A DNA stretch of 64,000 nucleotides from Terriglobales bacterium (GTDB lineage Bacteria; Acidobacteriota; Terriglobia; Terriglobales; Acidobacteriaceae), in the NCBI GenBank assembly GCA_035937135.1, contig DASYVL010000055.1:507-64506 (forward strand), given 5' to 3'. The stretch's first letter is position 1, and each line of letters begins with the position of its first letter. The notes under the pieces were generated by a model, which worked only from the letters and a program-made list of their open reading frames with translations, was not told the origin of the DNA and ran no database searches. Position numbers and translations under genes: made by a program. Below, piece after piece: positions 1 to 8,309 of this stretch.

Positions 1-519
1 GCGGGCGTTCTCGATGGCGATGGCGGCATAGTCGCACAGGGCCTGCAGCAGGAACAACTCGTGGTCGCCGAACTTTTCCATGTTGCAGTTGAGGAGCTGG
101 ATCACGCCCAGCACGCGCTGCTTGGAGCGCAGCGGCAGGCAGATGATGGAGCGGGTCTGCCACTTGGTCATTTCGTCGATGCGCTTGGCGAAGCGCGGGT
201 CGGTGTACACGTCGGGCACGATCAGCGGCTCGGCGTGCTTGGCCACCCATCCGGCGATACCTTCGCCCACCTTCAGCCGGATCTGCTTCAGGGTCTCGGC
301 CGCCGGGCCCACGGCGATGGCGAAGTACAGCTCGTCCTTCTGGTCGTCCACCATCAGCAGCGACCAGTTGTCCGGGCGGAAGAACTCCGCCATTTTTTCC
401 ATGATGGTCTGCAGGATGGAGTCCAGCTTCAGAGACGAGGTCAGCGCTTTGGCCACGTCATGGAAGATGGCGATTTCCGTCATCTGCCGCTTGCGCTCGT
501 CGGTTGGGGCGTCTGTCAT
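1..519 (-). CDS. GAF domain-containing protein, N-terminal 173 codons (gene continues past the left window edge)
   Basis: Absent from the ORF track because it has no stop inside the window. Reverse-complement translation from ATG 519-517 gives MTDAPTDERKRQMTEIAIFHDVAKALTSSLKLDSILQTIMEKMAEFFRPDNWSLLMVDDQKDELYFAIAVGPAAETLKQIRLKVGEGIAGWVAKHAEPLIVPDVYTDPRFAKRIDEMTKWQTRSIICLPLRSKQRVLGVIQLLNCNMEKFGDHELFLLQALCDYAAIAIENAR. This is a typical GAF-domain sequence and stays in frame to position 1. Confidence 0.75.
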   Translation of the reverse strand, partial: MTDAPTDERKRQMTEIAIFHDVAKALTSSLKLDSILQTIMEKMAEFFRPDNWSLLMVDDQKDELYFAIAVGPAAETLKQIRLKVGEGIAGWVAKHAEPLIVPDVYTDPRFAKRIDEMTKWQTRSIICLPLRSKQRVLGVIQLLNCNMEKFGDHELFLLQALCDYAAIAIENAR

Positions 520-743
520 GGAGAGCTTCTTCCACGGCAACCGCGGAAGGGTCCAGTTGAGCGCGTATTATATGCGGCGCGTTCCGCCTCAGCAACCTTG
601 AGTTTGTCCGGGCCGGGCAGGGCAAAGTCGTTGGAGAGGCAAGGGTTACGCTCCTTCCTCGATTGACACTGGGGAGCAGCGAACCTATGATGGCCGCATT
701 TCCGGCCTTTCGGCCGACTCAAGCCCGCTCCAGGGACTCTTCC

Positions 744-1541
744 ATGGGATCGTTCGGCGAACGTCTGCAACGCGAGCGCGAGATGCGCGGCATCACGCTC
801 GAAGAGATCGCCGATTCCACCAAGATCGGCACCCGCTCCCTGCGCGCCCTGGAGCAGGAAGACTTTGACAAGCTTCCCGGCGGCATCTTCAACAAGGGCT
901 TCGTCCGCGCCTACGCCCGCTACCTGGGCATCGACGAAGAGCAGGCGGTCACGGACTTCCTGGCCGCCGCCGGCGATCCTGAACAGCCTCTCCCGACCCC
1001 GTTCCCCAAGGTGAAACCGGCTGCCTCCGGCTCCGGAGGGCGGAGTTGGGCCGCGGTGCTGGCGCTCGCCGCCCTGGCTGCGGGCGGATTCGCCGCCTGG
1101 AAGTTCAAGCTGGGCCCCTTCGCCGGCCGCATCTCCCAGCCCGAATCGGTAAGCCCACCGCCCGTTGTTCAGCCGCCCACCACGACCGCAGCCGCGCCCG
1201 TTTCCTCGGATCAGGTGGCGAACCCGGCTTCCGGTCCTAGCTCCGAGCCCGGTGGCGGTTCCGCGGCGGCTCCCTCCTCCACCGCGGCCGAGGGCTTTGT
1301 GGTGCTGGTGCGGGCGAAGGAGGACTCCTGGGTCTCGATCAGCGTCGATGGCCGGGTGGTGATGGAGAGGACGCTGGCCGCTGCTGAAACCAAGGAAGTG
1401 CGCGCCAAGAAGAGTGTAGTGCTGAAGATGGGCAACGCCGCGGGGGTCGAGGTCTCCTACAACAACACGGTGATGCTTCCTTTAGGGCGCGTCAACGAAG
1501 CGAAGACTGTCGTCTTCACCCCCGAAGGAATGCAACCTTAA
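744..1541 (+). CDS. rodZ: RodZ-like protein: XRE-type HTH, one TM segment, Pro/Ser/Ala-rich linker, C-terminal DUF4115-like domain
   Basis: ORF 663..1541. MGSFGERLQREREMRGITLEEIADSTKIGTRSLRALEQEDFDKLPGGIFNKGFVRAYARYLGID matches the RodZ N-terminus. The TM segment is WAAVLALAALAAGGFAAW. The C-terminus FVVLVRAKEDSWVSISVDGRVV...VVLKMGNAAGVEVSYNN is DUF4115-like. I moved the start from TTG 663 to ATG 744. Confidence 0.75.
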   Translation: MGSFGERLQREREMRGITLEEIADSTKIGTRSLRALEQEDFDKLPGGIFNKGFVRAYARYLGIDEEQAVTDFLAAAGDPEQPLPTPFPKVKPAASGSGGRSWAAVLALAALAAGGFAAWKFKLGPFAGRISQPESVSPPPVVQPPTTTAAAPVSSDQVANPASGPSSEPGGGSAAAPSSTAAEGFVVLVRAKEDSWVSISVDGRVVMERTLAAAETKEVRAKKSVVLKMGNAAGVEVSYNNTVMLPLGRVNEAKTVVFTPEGMQP

Positions 1542-1556
1542 CGAGGAACGGTGCTC

Positions 1557-2708
1557 ATGCCACGAATGATTGAGCTCATCCGGCAGTCGGCGGTCCCCGC
1601 CAACATGATGCGCACCGCCGCCAAAGGCGCGCTGGCCGTCCCCGCCGACGAGATGATCGAGATCCTGGTGTTTTTGGCCAGCCACCCCATCTTCGGCGAG
1701 CAGGCGAAGATGACGCTGGCCAGTTGGGATGAGAAGTCCGCGATCGCGGTGGCCTCCAATCCGGCTACGCCATGGGAGGTGCTGGAGTACATGGTCGTGC
1801 CAGAGAACCGCCGGCCCAAGCTGGTGCCCGCGCTGCTGGAGAATCCCGCGGTGCGCGAGGTGCGTCTGCAGGACATGGCGCAGACGGCGTCGCGGGAGCT
1901 GGTGGACATGATGCTGGCCAGCGCGCGCGTGCGGAAGTCCAAGGACGTCCTGCACGCCCTGGGCACCAATCATCACCTCAACGAGCAGGAGATTGCCGAC
2001 CTCAAAGCCGCGCTCACCGCCCTGGGCGAGGACACGGCGGAGTTCGAGGCCTTCCAGGAACTGGCGGAGGGCGAGAAGTCGCAGTACGAGATCGAGCACG
2101 CCGCCGAGATCGCCGCCGAGGAAGGCAAGGCCTTCGAGCTGGTGGGCAGCCTCCTCGAGGACGACGAGCTCATCGCTGCCGCTACCGAGGCGGGCATAGC
2201 GCCAGCCGCGGTTGCTCCCGACGCGCCCATGTCGGAAGATGAAAAGAACACGAAAATGCGCGCGGCCGAGGCCAAAAGCCGCGAGCGTCAGTCCACCCTG
2301 CAGAAGATCTCCAAGCTGAAGGTGGGCGACCGCGTACAACTAGCCATGAAGGGCAACAAGGACGAGCGCTTCATCCTGATCCGCGACGGCTCCAAGGTGG
2401 TCTCCTCGGCCGTGCTGCAATCGCCCAAGCTCTCGGACGCTGAGGTCGAGAGCTTCGCCGGCATGAAGAACGTGCAGGAGAGCGTGCTGCGCGACATCGC
2501 GCGAAGCCGCAAGTTCATGAAGCAGTACTCCGTGATACGCGCCCTGGTGAACAATCCCCGCTGCCCGCTCGACATCGGCCTCACCTTCATGAACCACCTC
2601 CTGGCCAACGACCTCAAGGCCCTCTCCATGAATAAGAACGTCCCCGAGACCCTGCGCAAAATGGGGCTCAAGAAATTCAAGGAGAAATCGGCATCCCCCG
2701 GCAAGTAG
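1557..2708 (+). CDS. Conserved hypothetical protein, helical-repeat-like, acidic central region
   Basis: ORF 1551..2708 with GC-rich third codon positions. GAGGAA at 1543-1548 favours ATG 1557 over GTG 1551. I recognised no catalytic motif. Confidence 0.6.
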   Translation: MPRMIELIRQSAVPANMMRTAAKGALAVPADEMIEILVFLASHPIFGEQAKMTLASWDEKSAIAVASNPATPWEVLEYMVVPENRRPKLVPALLENPAVREVRLQDMAQTASRELVDMMLASARVRKSKDVLHALGTNHHLNEQEIADLKAALTALGEDTAEFEAFQELAEGEKSQYEIEHAAEIAAEEGKAFELVGSLLEDDELIAAATEAGIAPAAVAPDAPMSEDEKNTKMRAAEAKSRERQSTLQKISKLKVGDRVQLAMKGNKDERFILIRDGSKVVSSAVLQSPKLSDAEVESFAGMKNVQESVLRDIARSRKFMKQYSVIRALVNNPRCPLDIGLTFMNHLLANDLKALSMNKNVPETLRKMGLKKFKEKSASPGK

Positions 2709-2774
2709 AGCGACTAGGCGGATCCATGCGATGACTACCCCACCTAGCCCCGCCTCTCGTACAATGTCGAGGCA

Positions 2775-3197
2775 ATGAAGCCGGCCGCGGTCCCCGCCAA
2801 AACCGACGAAATCACAGAAGTGCTGAAGCGCGCCAAGACTATCGCCGTGGTGGGGCTTTCCTCCAGCCCGCTGCGTCCCAGCTACGGCGTGGCCGCCTAC
2901 CTGCAGACCCACGGCTACCGCATCATCCCGGTGAATCCCAACATCAAAGGCGCGCTGGGAGAGAAGGCGTACGCCTCGCTGGCTGACGTCCCGGAGAAAA
3001 TCGACATCGTGGACATCTTCCGCCGCGTGGAGTTCGTCCCCGAGCTGGTGGACCAGGCCATCGCCCTGAAAGTCCCCGCCATCTGGATGCAGGAGGACGT
3101 GGTCCACGAAGCCGCAGCCGCCATGGCGCGCAAGGCCGGAATCTTCGTCACCATGGACCGCTGCATCCTCAAGGAACACCGGGCGCGGTTTTTGTAA
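2775..3197 (+). CDS. CoA-binding domain protein (YccU/YneT-like)
   Basis: TIAVVGLSSSPLRPSYGVAAYLQTHGYRIIPVNPN...VPEKIDIVDIFRR...ALKVPAIWMQ is the typical single-domain CoA-binding layout. Confidence 0.8.
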   Translation: MKPAAVPAKTDEITEVLKRAKTIAVVGLSSSPLRPSYGVAAYLQTHGYRIIPVNPNIKGALGEKAYASLADVPEKIDIVDIFRRVEFVPELVDQAIALKVPAIWMQEDVVHEAAAAMARKAGIFVTMDRCILKEHRARFL

Positions 3198-3361
3198 ACC
3201 CACCCCGACCGCACGCCCCCCGCAGAAGCTTTCGCCGAAACAACCTCTTTTTCCCCGCATTTGGCGGGGGTGTGAGGCGGAAGTCGTTTGTTCTCAATGT
3301 GTCCCAGGGCGGGCGACAACCTCTGTCCTGCCCGCATCTAAGAAACACAGGAGGCAGGACC

Positions 3362-4459
3362 ATGAGAATACTCATAGGGATGACCAGCGCGGCAGTTCTC
3401 CTCCTACTTCTGGGGATTGCCGCTCCGAGCTACTCACAAAACAACGACGAGCAGCGGCAACAACAAGAGAAGCGGGACCAGCAGGCCAAGGACAAGAAGC
3501 AGGCGGATGCCGACCGGAAGGCGCAGGCGGAAAGCCAGCGCGCACGCGACCGGCAGGCGCAGCAGCAGCGCGCGGAGCAAGATCAGCGCGCGCGACAGCA
3601 GCAGCAAGCGGCCGACCAGCAGCGGCGTGAGCAGGACCGCGCGCAGCAGGACCAGAAGCGCCAGCAGCAGGATGCGGGGAAGCAGCAACGGGCGCAAGAC
3701 CGCGCCCAGCAGGACCGCGCACGCCAGCAGCAGCAAGCGGCGGACCAGCAGCGGCGCGAGCAGGACGGCGCACGCCAGCAGCAGGCCGATCAGCAGCGGC
3801 GCGACCAGGATCGCAATCAGCAGGTCAGGGTCGAGGAGCAGCAGCGCAACCAGGAGGCCCGCCAGCAGGATCACGGTTCGCCACAGGGTCAGCAGCAGTG
3901 GACTGAGGAGAATCGCCGGCGCCAGGAGCAGTTCCACCAGCAAGTGGATCAGCGGCAGCGCTTGCAGCAACAGCAGGCGTCGTTGCTGCAACAGCAGAGG
4001 CGCACCCAGCAGTACCGCTTCCAGCAGGAGTATTGGGCGCACCACCGCCAGTTGCAGGAGCAGGCCTGGCGCAATCGCAACGAGTATGTCTATGTGTACC
4101 CGGACTATCGCTACCAGCGTTCCGGCGTCTACTACCAGACGAACCAGTACGGCGTAAGCCTTCTGCAGTCGGCCTTGAACGACGGTTACGAGCAGGGCTT
4201 CCGCGCCGGACGGGCCGACCGGCTGGATAGCTGGGGTTACGACTACCGCAGCAGCTATGGGTATCAGGACGCCAACTACGGCTACTACGGCTACTACGTG
4301 GACCAGTCTGAGTACAACTATTACTTCCGCGAGGGCTTCCAGCGCGGTTATGAAGACGGCTACTACAGCCGGTATCAATACGGCCGCTATAACTCTGGCA
4401 GGTACAGCCTGCTGGATTCGGTCTTGTCAGTGATTTTCTCAGCGGCCCGTTACCGCTGA
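3362..4459 (+). CDS. Secreted low-complexity protein: signal peptide, Gln/Arg/Asp/Ala-rich repeat region, Tyr/Gly-rich C-terminal domain
   Basis: ORF 3272..4459. I moved the start to ATG 3362, which follows AGGAGG. The signal peptide is MRILIGMTSAAVLLLLLGIAAPSYSQ. A 129-bp internal duplication repeats ~3597-3645 at ~3726-3774. Confidence 0.7.
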   Translation: MRILIGMTSAAVLLLLLGIAAPSYSQNNDEQRQQQEKRDQQAKDKKQADADRKAQAESQRARDRQAQQQRAEQDQRARQQQQAADQQRREQDRAQQDQKRQQQDAGKQQRAQDRAQQDRARQQQQAADQQRREQDGARQQQADQQRRDQDRNQQVRVEEQQRNQEARQQDHGSPQGQQQWTEENRRRQEQFHQQVDQRQRLQQQQASLLQQQRRTQQYRFQQEYWAHHRQLQEQAWRNRNEYVYVYPDYRYQRSGVYYQTNQYGVSLLQSALNDGYEQGFRAGRADRLDSWGYDYRSSYGYQDANYGYYGYYVDQSEYNYYFREGFQRGYEDGYYSRYQYGRYNSGRYSLLDSVLSVIFSAARYR

Positions 4460-4474
4460 CAGACCTGAACCCGT

Positions 4475-4522
4475 GCCCGGCTCCCTGGACCAAACAGTCC
4501 GTAGAACCGGGCGCGTTTTTTT
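4475..4522 (+). terminator. Candidate intrinsic terminator after the Q-rich gene
   Basis: GCCCGG (4475-4480) pairs with CCGGGC (4507-4512). An inner GGAC/GTCC stem lies between them, and GCGCG TTTTTTT follows (T-run 4516-4522). Confidence 0.45.
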
Positions 4523-5864
4523 ACCCTTTCCCTTTCCTTTCCTTCAGCGCCCGGATTTCCTCCATCTTCCTCCGCAGCTCTTTTTCCAATCCTTCCGCCG
4601 TAGGCTGATAGTAGACACGGTCTCTGAGGTTGTCGGGCAGGCACTGCATGTCGGCGACCTTGCCTTCGAGGTCGTGGGCGTACTGGTAGCCCTGGCCGTA
4701 GCCGATGGCCTTCATCAGTCCGGTGGGCGCGTTGCGCAGGTGCAGCGGGACGGGCTGGGCGGCGGTCTGTTCTACGTCCTCGCGCGCGGCGCTGTAGGCG
4801 GTGTAGAGCGCATTGGACTTGGGCGCGAGCGCGAGATACACGGCTGCCTGGGCCAGCGCCAGGTTGCCCTCGGGCAGGCCGAGGAAGTCCACCGCCTCGC
4901 GGGCGGCGTTGGTGAGGGCCAGCGCCTGCGGATCGGCCAGGCCTACGTCCTCCACCGCCATGCGCACCAGGCGGCGCGCGATGTAGAGCGGGTCTTCGCC
5001 TGCCTCCAGCATGCGCGCCAGCCAGTAGAGCGCGGCGTCGGGATCGCTGTTGCGCACCGACTTGTGCAGCGCCGAGACCAGGTTGTAATGCTGCTCGCCC
5101 GCCTTGTCGTAGAGCAGCACGCGCTTCTGCAGCGCGTCACGGACGATCTCCATGGTGATCTCGGCGGCCGCACCCTCGCTCTGGCGCTCTGCGGCGACTC
5201 CGGCGGCGATCTCCAACACGTTGTAGGCGGCACGCGCGTCGCCGCTGGAGTAGTCGGCGATCTTCTCCAGGACGGCGTCCGGCGCCTCCAGCTTCATGGT
5301 TCCCAGCCCACGCGCGGAGTCCGCCAGAGCGCGCTTCAGCAAGGTCACCACCTGCGTTTCCGCCAGCGGGTTCAGCGTGTACACCCGGCAGCGGGAGAGC
5401 AGCGCGGAGATGATCTCAAACGACGGGTTCTCCGTGGTGGCGCCGATGAGCCGGATGTTGCCCTTCTCCACGTGAGGGAGAAACGCGTCCTGCTGCGCCT
5501 TGTTGAAGCGGTGGATCTCGTCGATGAAGACCAGGGTGCGGGTGCCGTACTGCCGGGCCTTCTCGGCGGCGGACATCACCCGCTTGATCTCCGCGATGCC
5601 GGAGAGTACGGCGGAGAACTCGATGAACTCCGCCTTGGTCATGCGCGCGATGATCTTGGCCAGCGTGGTCTTGCCCGAGCCCGGCGGGCCCCAGAAGATG
5701 AATGAGCCCATGTCGTCGCGCCCGATCTGCGTGCGCAGCGTCTTCTTCGGTCCCAGGATGTGCTCCTGCCCGACGAACTCCTCCAGCGTCTGCGGACGCA
5801 TGCGGTCGGCCAGCGGACGGCCCAGATGCGAGGCGCTCTCCGGGATGGGCTGGAACAGGCTCAA
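4521..5864 (-). CDS. rarA: Replication-associated recombination protein A (AAA+ ATPase)
   Basis: Walker A is GPPGSGKTT and Walker B region is VFIDEIHRFNKAQQD. TENPSFE and the MgsA C-terminal block LHKSVRNSDPDAALYWLARML are present. Confidence 0.9.
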   Translation of the reverse strand: MSLFQPIPESASHLGRPLADRMRPQTLEEFVGQEHILGPKKTLRTQIGRDDMGSFIFWGPPGSGKTTLAKIIARMTKAEFIEFSAVLSGIAEIKRVMSAAEKARQYGTRTLVFIDEIHRFNKAQQDAFLPHVEKGNIRLIGATTENPSFEIISALLSRCRVYTLNPLAETQVVTLLKRALADSARGLGTMKLEAPDAVLEKIADYSSGDARAAYNVLEIAAGVAAERQSEGAAAEITMEIVRDALQKRVLLYDKAGEQHYNLVSALHKSVRNSDPDAALYWLARMLEAGEDPLYIARRLVRMAVEDVGLADPQALALTNAAREAVDFLGLPEGNLALAQAAVYLALAPKSNALYTAYSAAREDVEQTAAQPVPLHLRNAPTGLMKAIGYGQGYQYAHDLEGKVADMQCLPDNLRDRVYYQPTAEGLEKELRRKMEEIRALKERKGKG

Positions 5865-6679
5865 GGCTTCGCCCCCCTTTGCCTCGCCGCCTCATACAGC
5901 AGGATGGAAGCCGCGATGCCCGCGTTCAGCGATTCCACTCGCGGCGAGTGCGGGATGGCGATGACTTCGTCGATCAGGTTCACCGCATCACGCGGCAGCC
6001 CCGCGCCTTCGCTGCCCAGAAAGATAGCCAGCGCTCCGGCGAGTTCGGCCTGGTCCACCGGCGTGCCTTGGTGGGACGAAGTTGCCACCAGCCGCAAGCC
6101 ATGCTCACGCAGTTTCGCCGCCGCCTCCGTGAGCTTCACCTCCACTACGGGAACGCGGAAGATGGACCCTGCCGAAGCCCGCACCGCCTTGGGATTGAAG
6201 CGGCCTGCGGTTTTTTCCGCCAGCAGCACGCCGTTCGCGCCAAAGGCTTCGGCGGAGCGCACCACCGTCCCCAGGTTTCCCGGGTCCTGGACGCCAGCCA
6301 GCACCACCAGCAGCGGCCGGGGAGCGCGCAAGACGTCGTCCAGATCGAAATCCTTGAACTTGACCAGGGCGGCCACGCCCTGCGGAGTCTCGGTGGCGGC
6401 GGCGCTCGAGAAGACATCGTCGGGCAGGATGAGGGTTTCCACCTCGGACGCGAGCTGCGGCAGCAGGCGGTCGGCCTGGGCCTCCGCCGACTGGCGGAAG
6501 AACACGGCGCGAAAGCGCAGCCCGCTGCGGATGGCTTCCTCCAGGATGCGCGGGCCTTCGATGGCCGCGAAGCCATCTTCGCCCGGCTGGCCGCTGCGAA
6601 AGCTGCGGCGCAGCGCCTTGACCAGCGCATTCTGCCGGCTCTCCACGCGGCGCAGGCGGTTGCGGACGGCGGTAGTCAC
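5861..6679 (-). CDS. TrmH/SpoU-family RNA 2'-O-methyltransferase
   Basis: SpoU motifs are VLAGVQDPGNLGTVVRSAEAFGA, IFLGSEGAGLP and IPHSPRVESLNAGIAASILLYE. There is a 4-nt overlap with the rarA start. Confidence 0.8.
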   Translation of the reverse strand: MTTAVRNRLRRVESRQNALVKALRRSFRSGQPGEDGFAAIEGPRILEEAIRSGLRFRAVFFRQSAEAQADRLLPQLASEVETLILPDDVFSSAAATETPQGVAALVKFKDFDLDDVLRAPRPLLVVLAGVQDPGNLGTVVRSAEAFGANGVLLAEKTAGRFNPKAVRASAGSIFRVPVVEVKLTEAAAKLREHGLRLVATSSHQGTPVDQAELAGALAIFLGSEGAGLPRDAVNLIDEVIAIPHSPRVESLNAGIAASILLYEAARQRGAKP

Positions 6680-6735
6680 CGCTCCATCTTAGCGGATTGC
6701 TGAAGCTTATCGCTGAAGCTCCCGCCTTCCCGGTT

Positions 6736-6846
6736 GTCATCCTGAGCGCAGCGAAGGATCTATGTATTTGCCTAGCCAGCGCATCTGCCGGTTATGCATG
6801 GATTCTTCCCCTTCGCCCGACACAGCGGGCTCAGGGTCAGAATGAC
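6736..6846. repeat. REP/MITE-like hairpin element. The left arm carries the 25-mer GTCATCCTGAGCGCAGCGAAGGATC.
   Basis: GTCAT+CCTGAGC (6736-6747) is complementary to GCTCAGG...ATGAC (6829-6846). The 25-mer recurs with 24/25 identity at 40179-40203. Confidence 0.6.
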
Positions 6847-6954
6847 GAGCGGAACGGAAGGGGCGGTTTGGGAGCGTGAAACGCGACCGTCCTTGCGGGG
6901 CGGAAACCGATGTGTTACTTTTCGCGCGGCGCAAGTCCGCAGAAGGGAACCGGT

Positions 6955-7602
6955 GTGCCCGCCGAGATCATCAGGATCAACAGCCAGAATCCGGAAGCCT
7001 CTCTGGTTTCGTACGTGGCCTCGCAGATCCGCGCCGGCCAGGTCCTGGGCATGCCCACCGACACCTTCTATGGTCTGGCCGCCGACCCCTTCAACCTGCG
7101 CGCCGTCCTGCACATCTACGAGATCAAGTCGCGCTCCCGGCACAAGCCCCTCTCGCTCCTGATCCAGGATGTGGACCAGGCGGAGGAGCTGGCGCTTTCC
7201 CTCCCCGGGACCTTTCACTCGCTGGCGCGCAAGTACTGGCCCGGCCCGCTGACCATGATCGTGAAGGCGGCCAAGCATCTGCCGCTGAAGGTGACGGCCA
7301 ACACCGGCAACGTGGCGCTGCGTGTGCCCGCCGCCGCCATTCCCATGGCCGTGATGCGGGCCGCGGGCGTGCCCCTGACCGCCACCTCCGCCAACGTGAG
7401 CGGAGCCAGCGAGTGCACCACCGCCGAAGGAGTCCGCGACCAGCTCGGCAACCGCCTGCCGGCCATCGTGGACGGCGGACCCTCGCCCCGCGACATCTTC
7501 TCCACCATCGTGCAGCTCACCGAAGAATCGGGGTGGCGCGTGATGCGCGAAGGCGCCATCTCCACCCAGGAAATCAGCGACTACCTGGCGCAGCAGGGAT
7601 AG
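6955..7602 (+). CDS. tsaC: L-threonylcarbamoyladenylate synthase (YrdC/TsaC type)
   Basis: ORF 6910..7602. PTDTFYGLAADP, KSRSRHKPLSLLI, YWPGPLTMI, VALRVP and LTATSANVSG are YrdC-domain hallmarks. I chose GTG 6955 as start, but ATG 6910 is possible. Confidence 0.8.
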   Translation: MPAEIIRINSQNPEASLVSYVASQIRAGQVLGMPTDTFYGLAADPFNLRAVLHIYEIKSRSRHKPLSLLIQDVDQAEELALSLPGTFHSLARKYWPGPLTMIVKAAKHLPLKVTANTGNVALRVPAAAIPMAVMRAAGVPLTATSANVSGASECTTAEGVRDQLGNRLPAIVDGGPSPRDIFSTIVQLTEESGWRVMREGAISTQEISDYLAQQG

Positions 7603-7678
7603 CTCTCTGCCTCCGGGTCCCCCACCTCCCAGGAAGCGACGGCTGTGGCGGCTTCTGCCTGTCTTATTTCTGCTGGCT

Positions 7679-8218
7679 GTGGCCTACGTCGTCTTCGTCT
7701 ATTCCCGCATCGAAGCGCAGTCGGCGCGCGACGAGTCCCAGTCCGCCGACGCCATCGTCGTGTTTGGCGCCGCCGAGTACGCCGGCCGGCCCTCTCCCGT
7801 CTTCCGCGCCCGCCTTGACCACGCCTACACCCTCTTCCAGCGCGGCCTCGCACCCCTCATCATCACCACCGGAGGCCACGGCGAGGATTCGCACTTCAGC
7901 GAGGGCGGCGTGGGCCGCGATTACCTGGCCGGCCGCGGCGTCCCGGAGAAAAACCTCATCGCTGAGACCCAGAGCGACGACACCGCGGATTCCGCCGAGC
8001 GCGTTGCCGTCATCCTCAAAGCGAACGGCAAGCGCAGCTGCCTGGCAGTGAGCGACGACTACCACATCTTCCGCATCAAGCAGATGCTGGAGGCGCAGGG
8101 GCTGGTGGTGTACGGCGCGCCGCGGCCGGAGGCGCGCCCGCGCTCGCGCTGGGACCGCGCGGTGGTGGTGCTGAAGGAAGTCTTGAGCTACACGCTGTGG
8201 CGGCTGCATCTGGGGTGA
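7679..8218 (+). CDS. YdcF/DUF218 (SanA/ElyC-like) family protein
   Basis: AIVVFGAAEY...PSPVFRARLDHAYTLFQRG...IITTGG...SVSDDYHIFR is the DUF218 pattern. The start is uncertain because the likely signal-anchor lies upstream of GTG 7679 (see findings). Confidence 0.7.
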   Translation: MAYVVFVYSRIEAQSARDESQSADAIVVFGAAEYAGRPSPVFRARLDHAYTLFQRGLAPLIITTGGHGEDSHFSEGGVGRDYLAGRGVPEKNLIAETQSDDTADSAERVAVILKANGKRSCLAVSDDYHIFRIKQMLEAQGLVVYGAPRPEARPRSRWDRAVVVLKEVLSYTLWRLHLG

Positions 8219-8240
8219 GGTCTCTGGTTGTGGGCTGGTT

Positions 8241-8302
8241 GTGTAGGCCCGGCTCTCTGAGCCGGGCGCGGAGAGGCACGGGTCGAAGACCCGTGCCTAC
8301 AC
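8241..8302. repeat. Compound palindromic element, a candidate bidirectional terminator
   Basis: The outer stem is GTGTAGG (8241-8247) / CCTACAC (8296-8302). It encloses hairpin GCCCGGC-TCTCTGA-GCCGGGC (8247-8267) and hairpin GGCACGGGTC-GAA-GACCCGTGCC (8275-8297). Confidence 0.5.
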
Positions 8303-8309
8303 AGTCTCC

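Noticed and set aside
3434-4378. A 314-aa Leu-rich minus-strand ORF and other ORFs overlapping the Q-rich gene.
   Set aside because: They are mirror images of CAG/CGC-rich coding repeats, since CTG encodes Leu. The plus-strand frame has the signal peptide and SD.
4473-5705. A 410-aa plus-strand ORF.
   Set aside because: It is antisense to rarA.
6762-6845. A 27-codon ORF (MYLPSQRICRLCMDSSPSPDTAGSGSE) spanning the interior of the hairpin element.
   Set aside because: The SD spacing is only 3 nt, I know of no conservation evidence, and its boundaries coincide with the repeat arms. It is most likely fortuitous.
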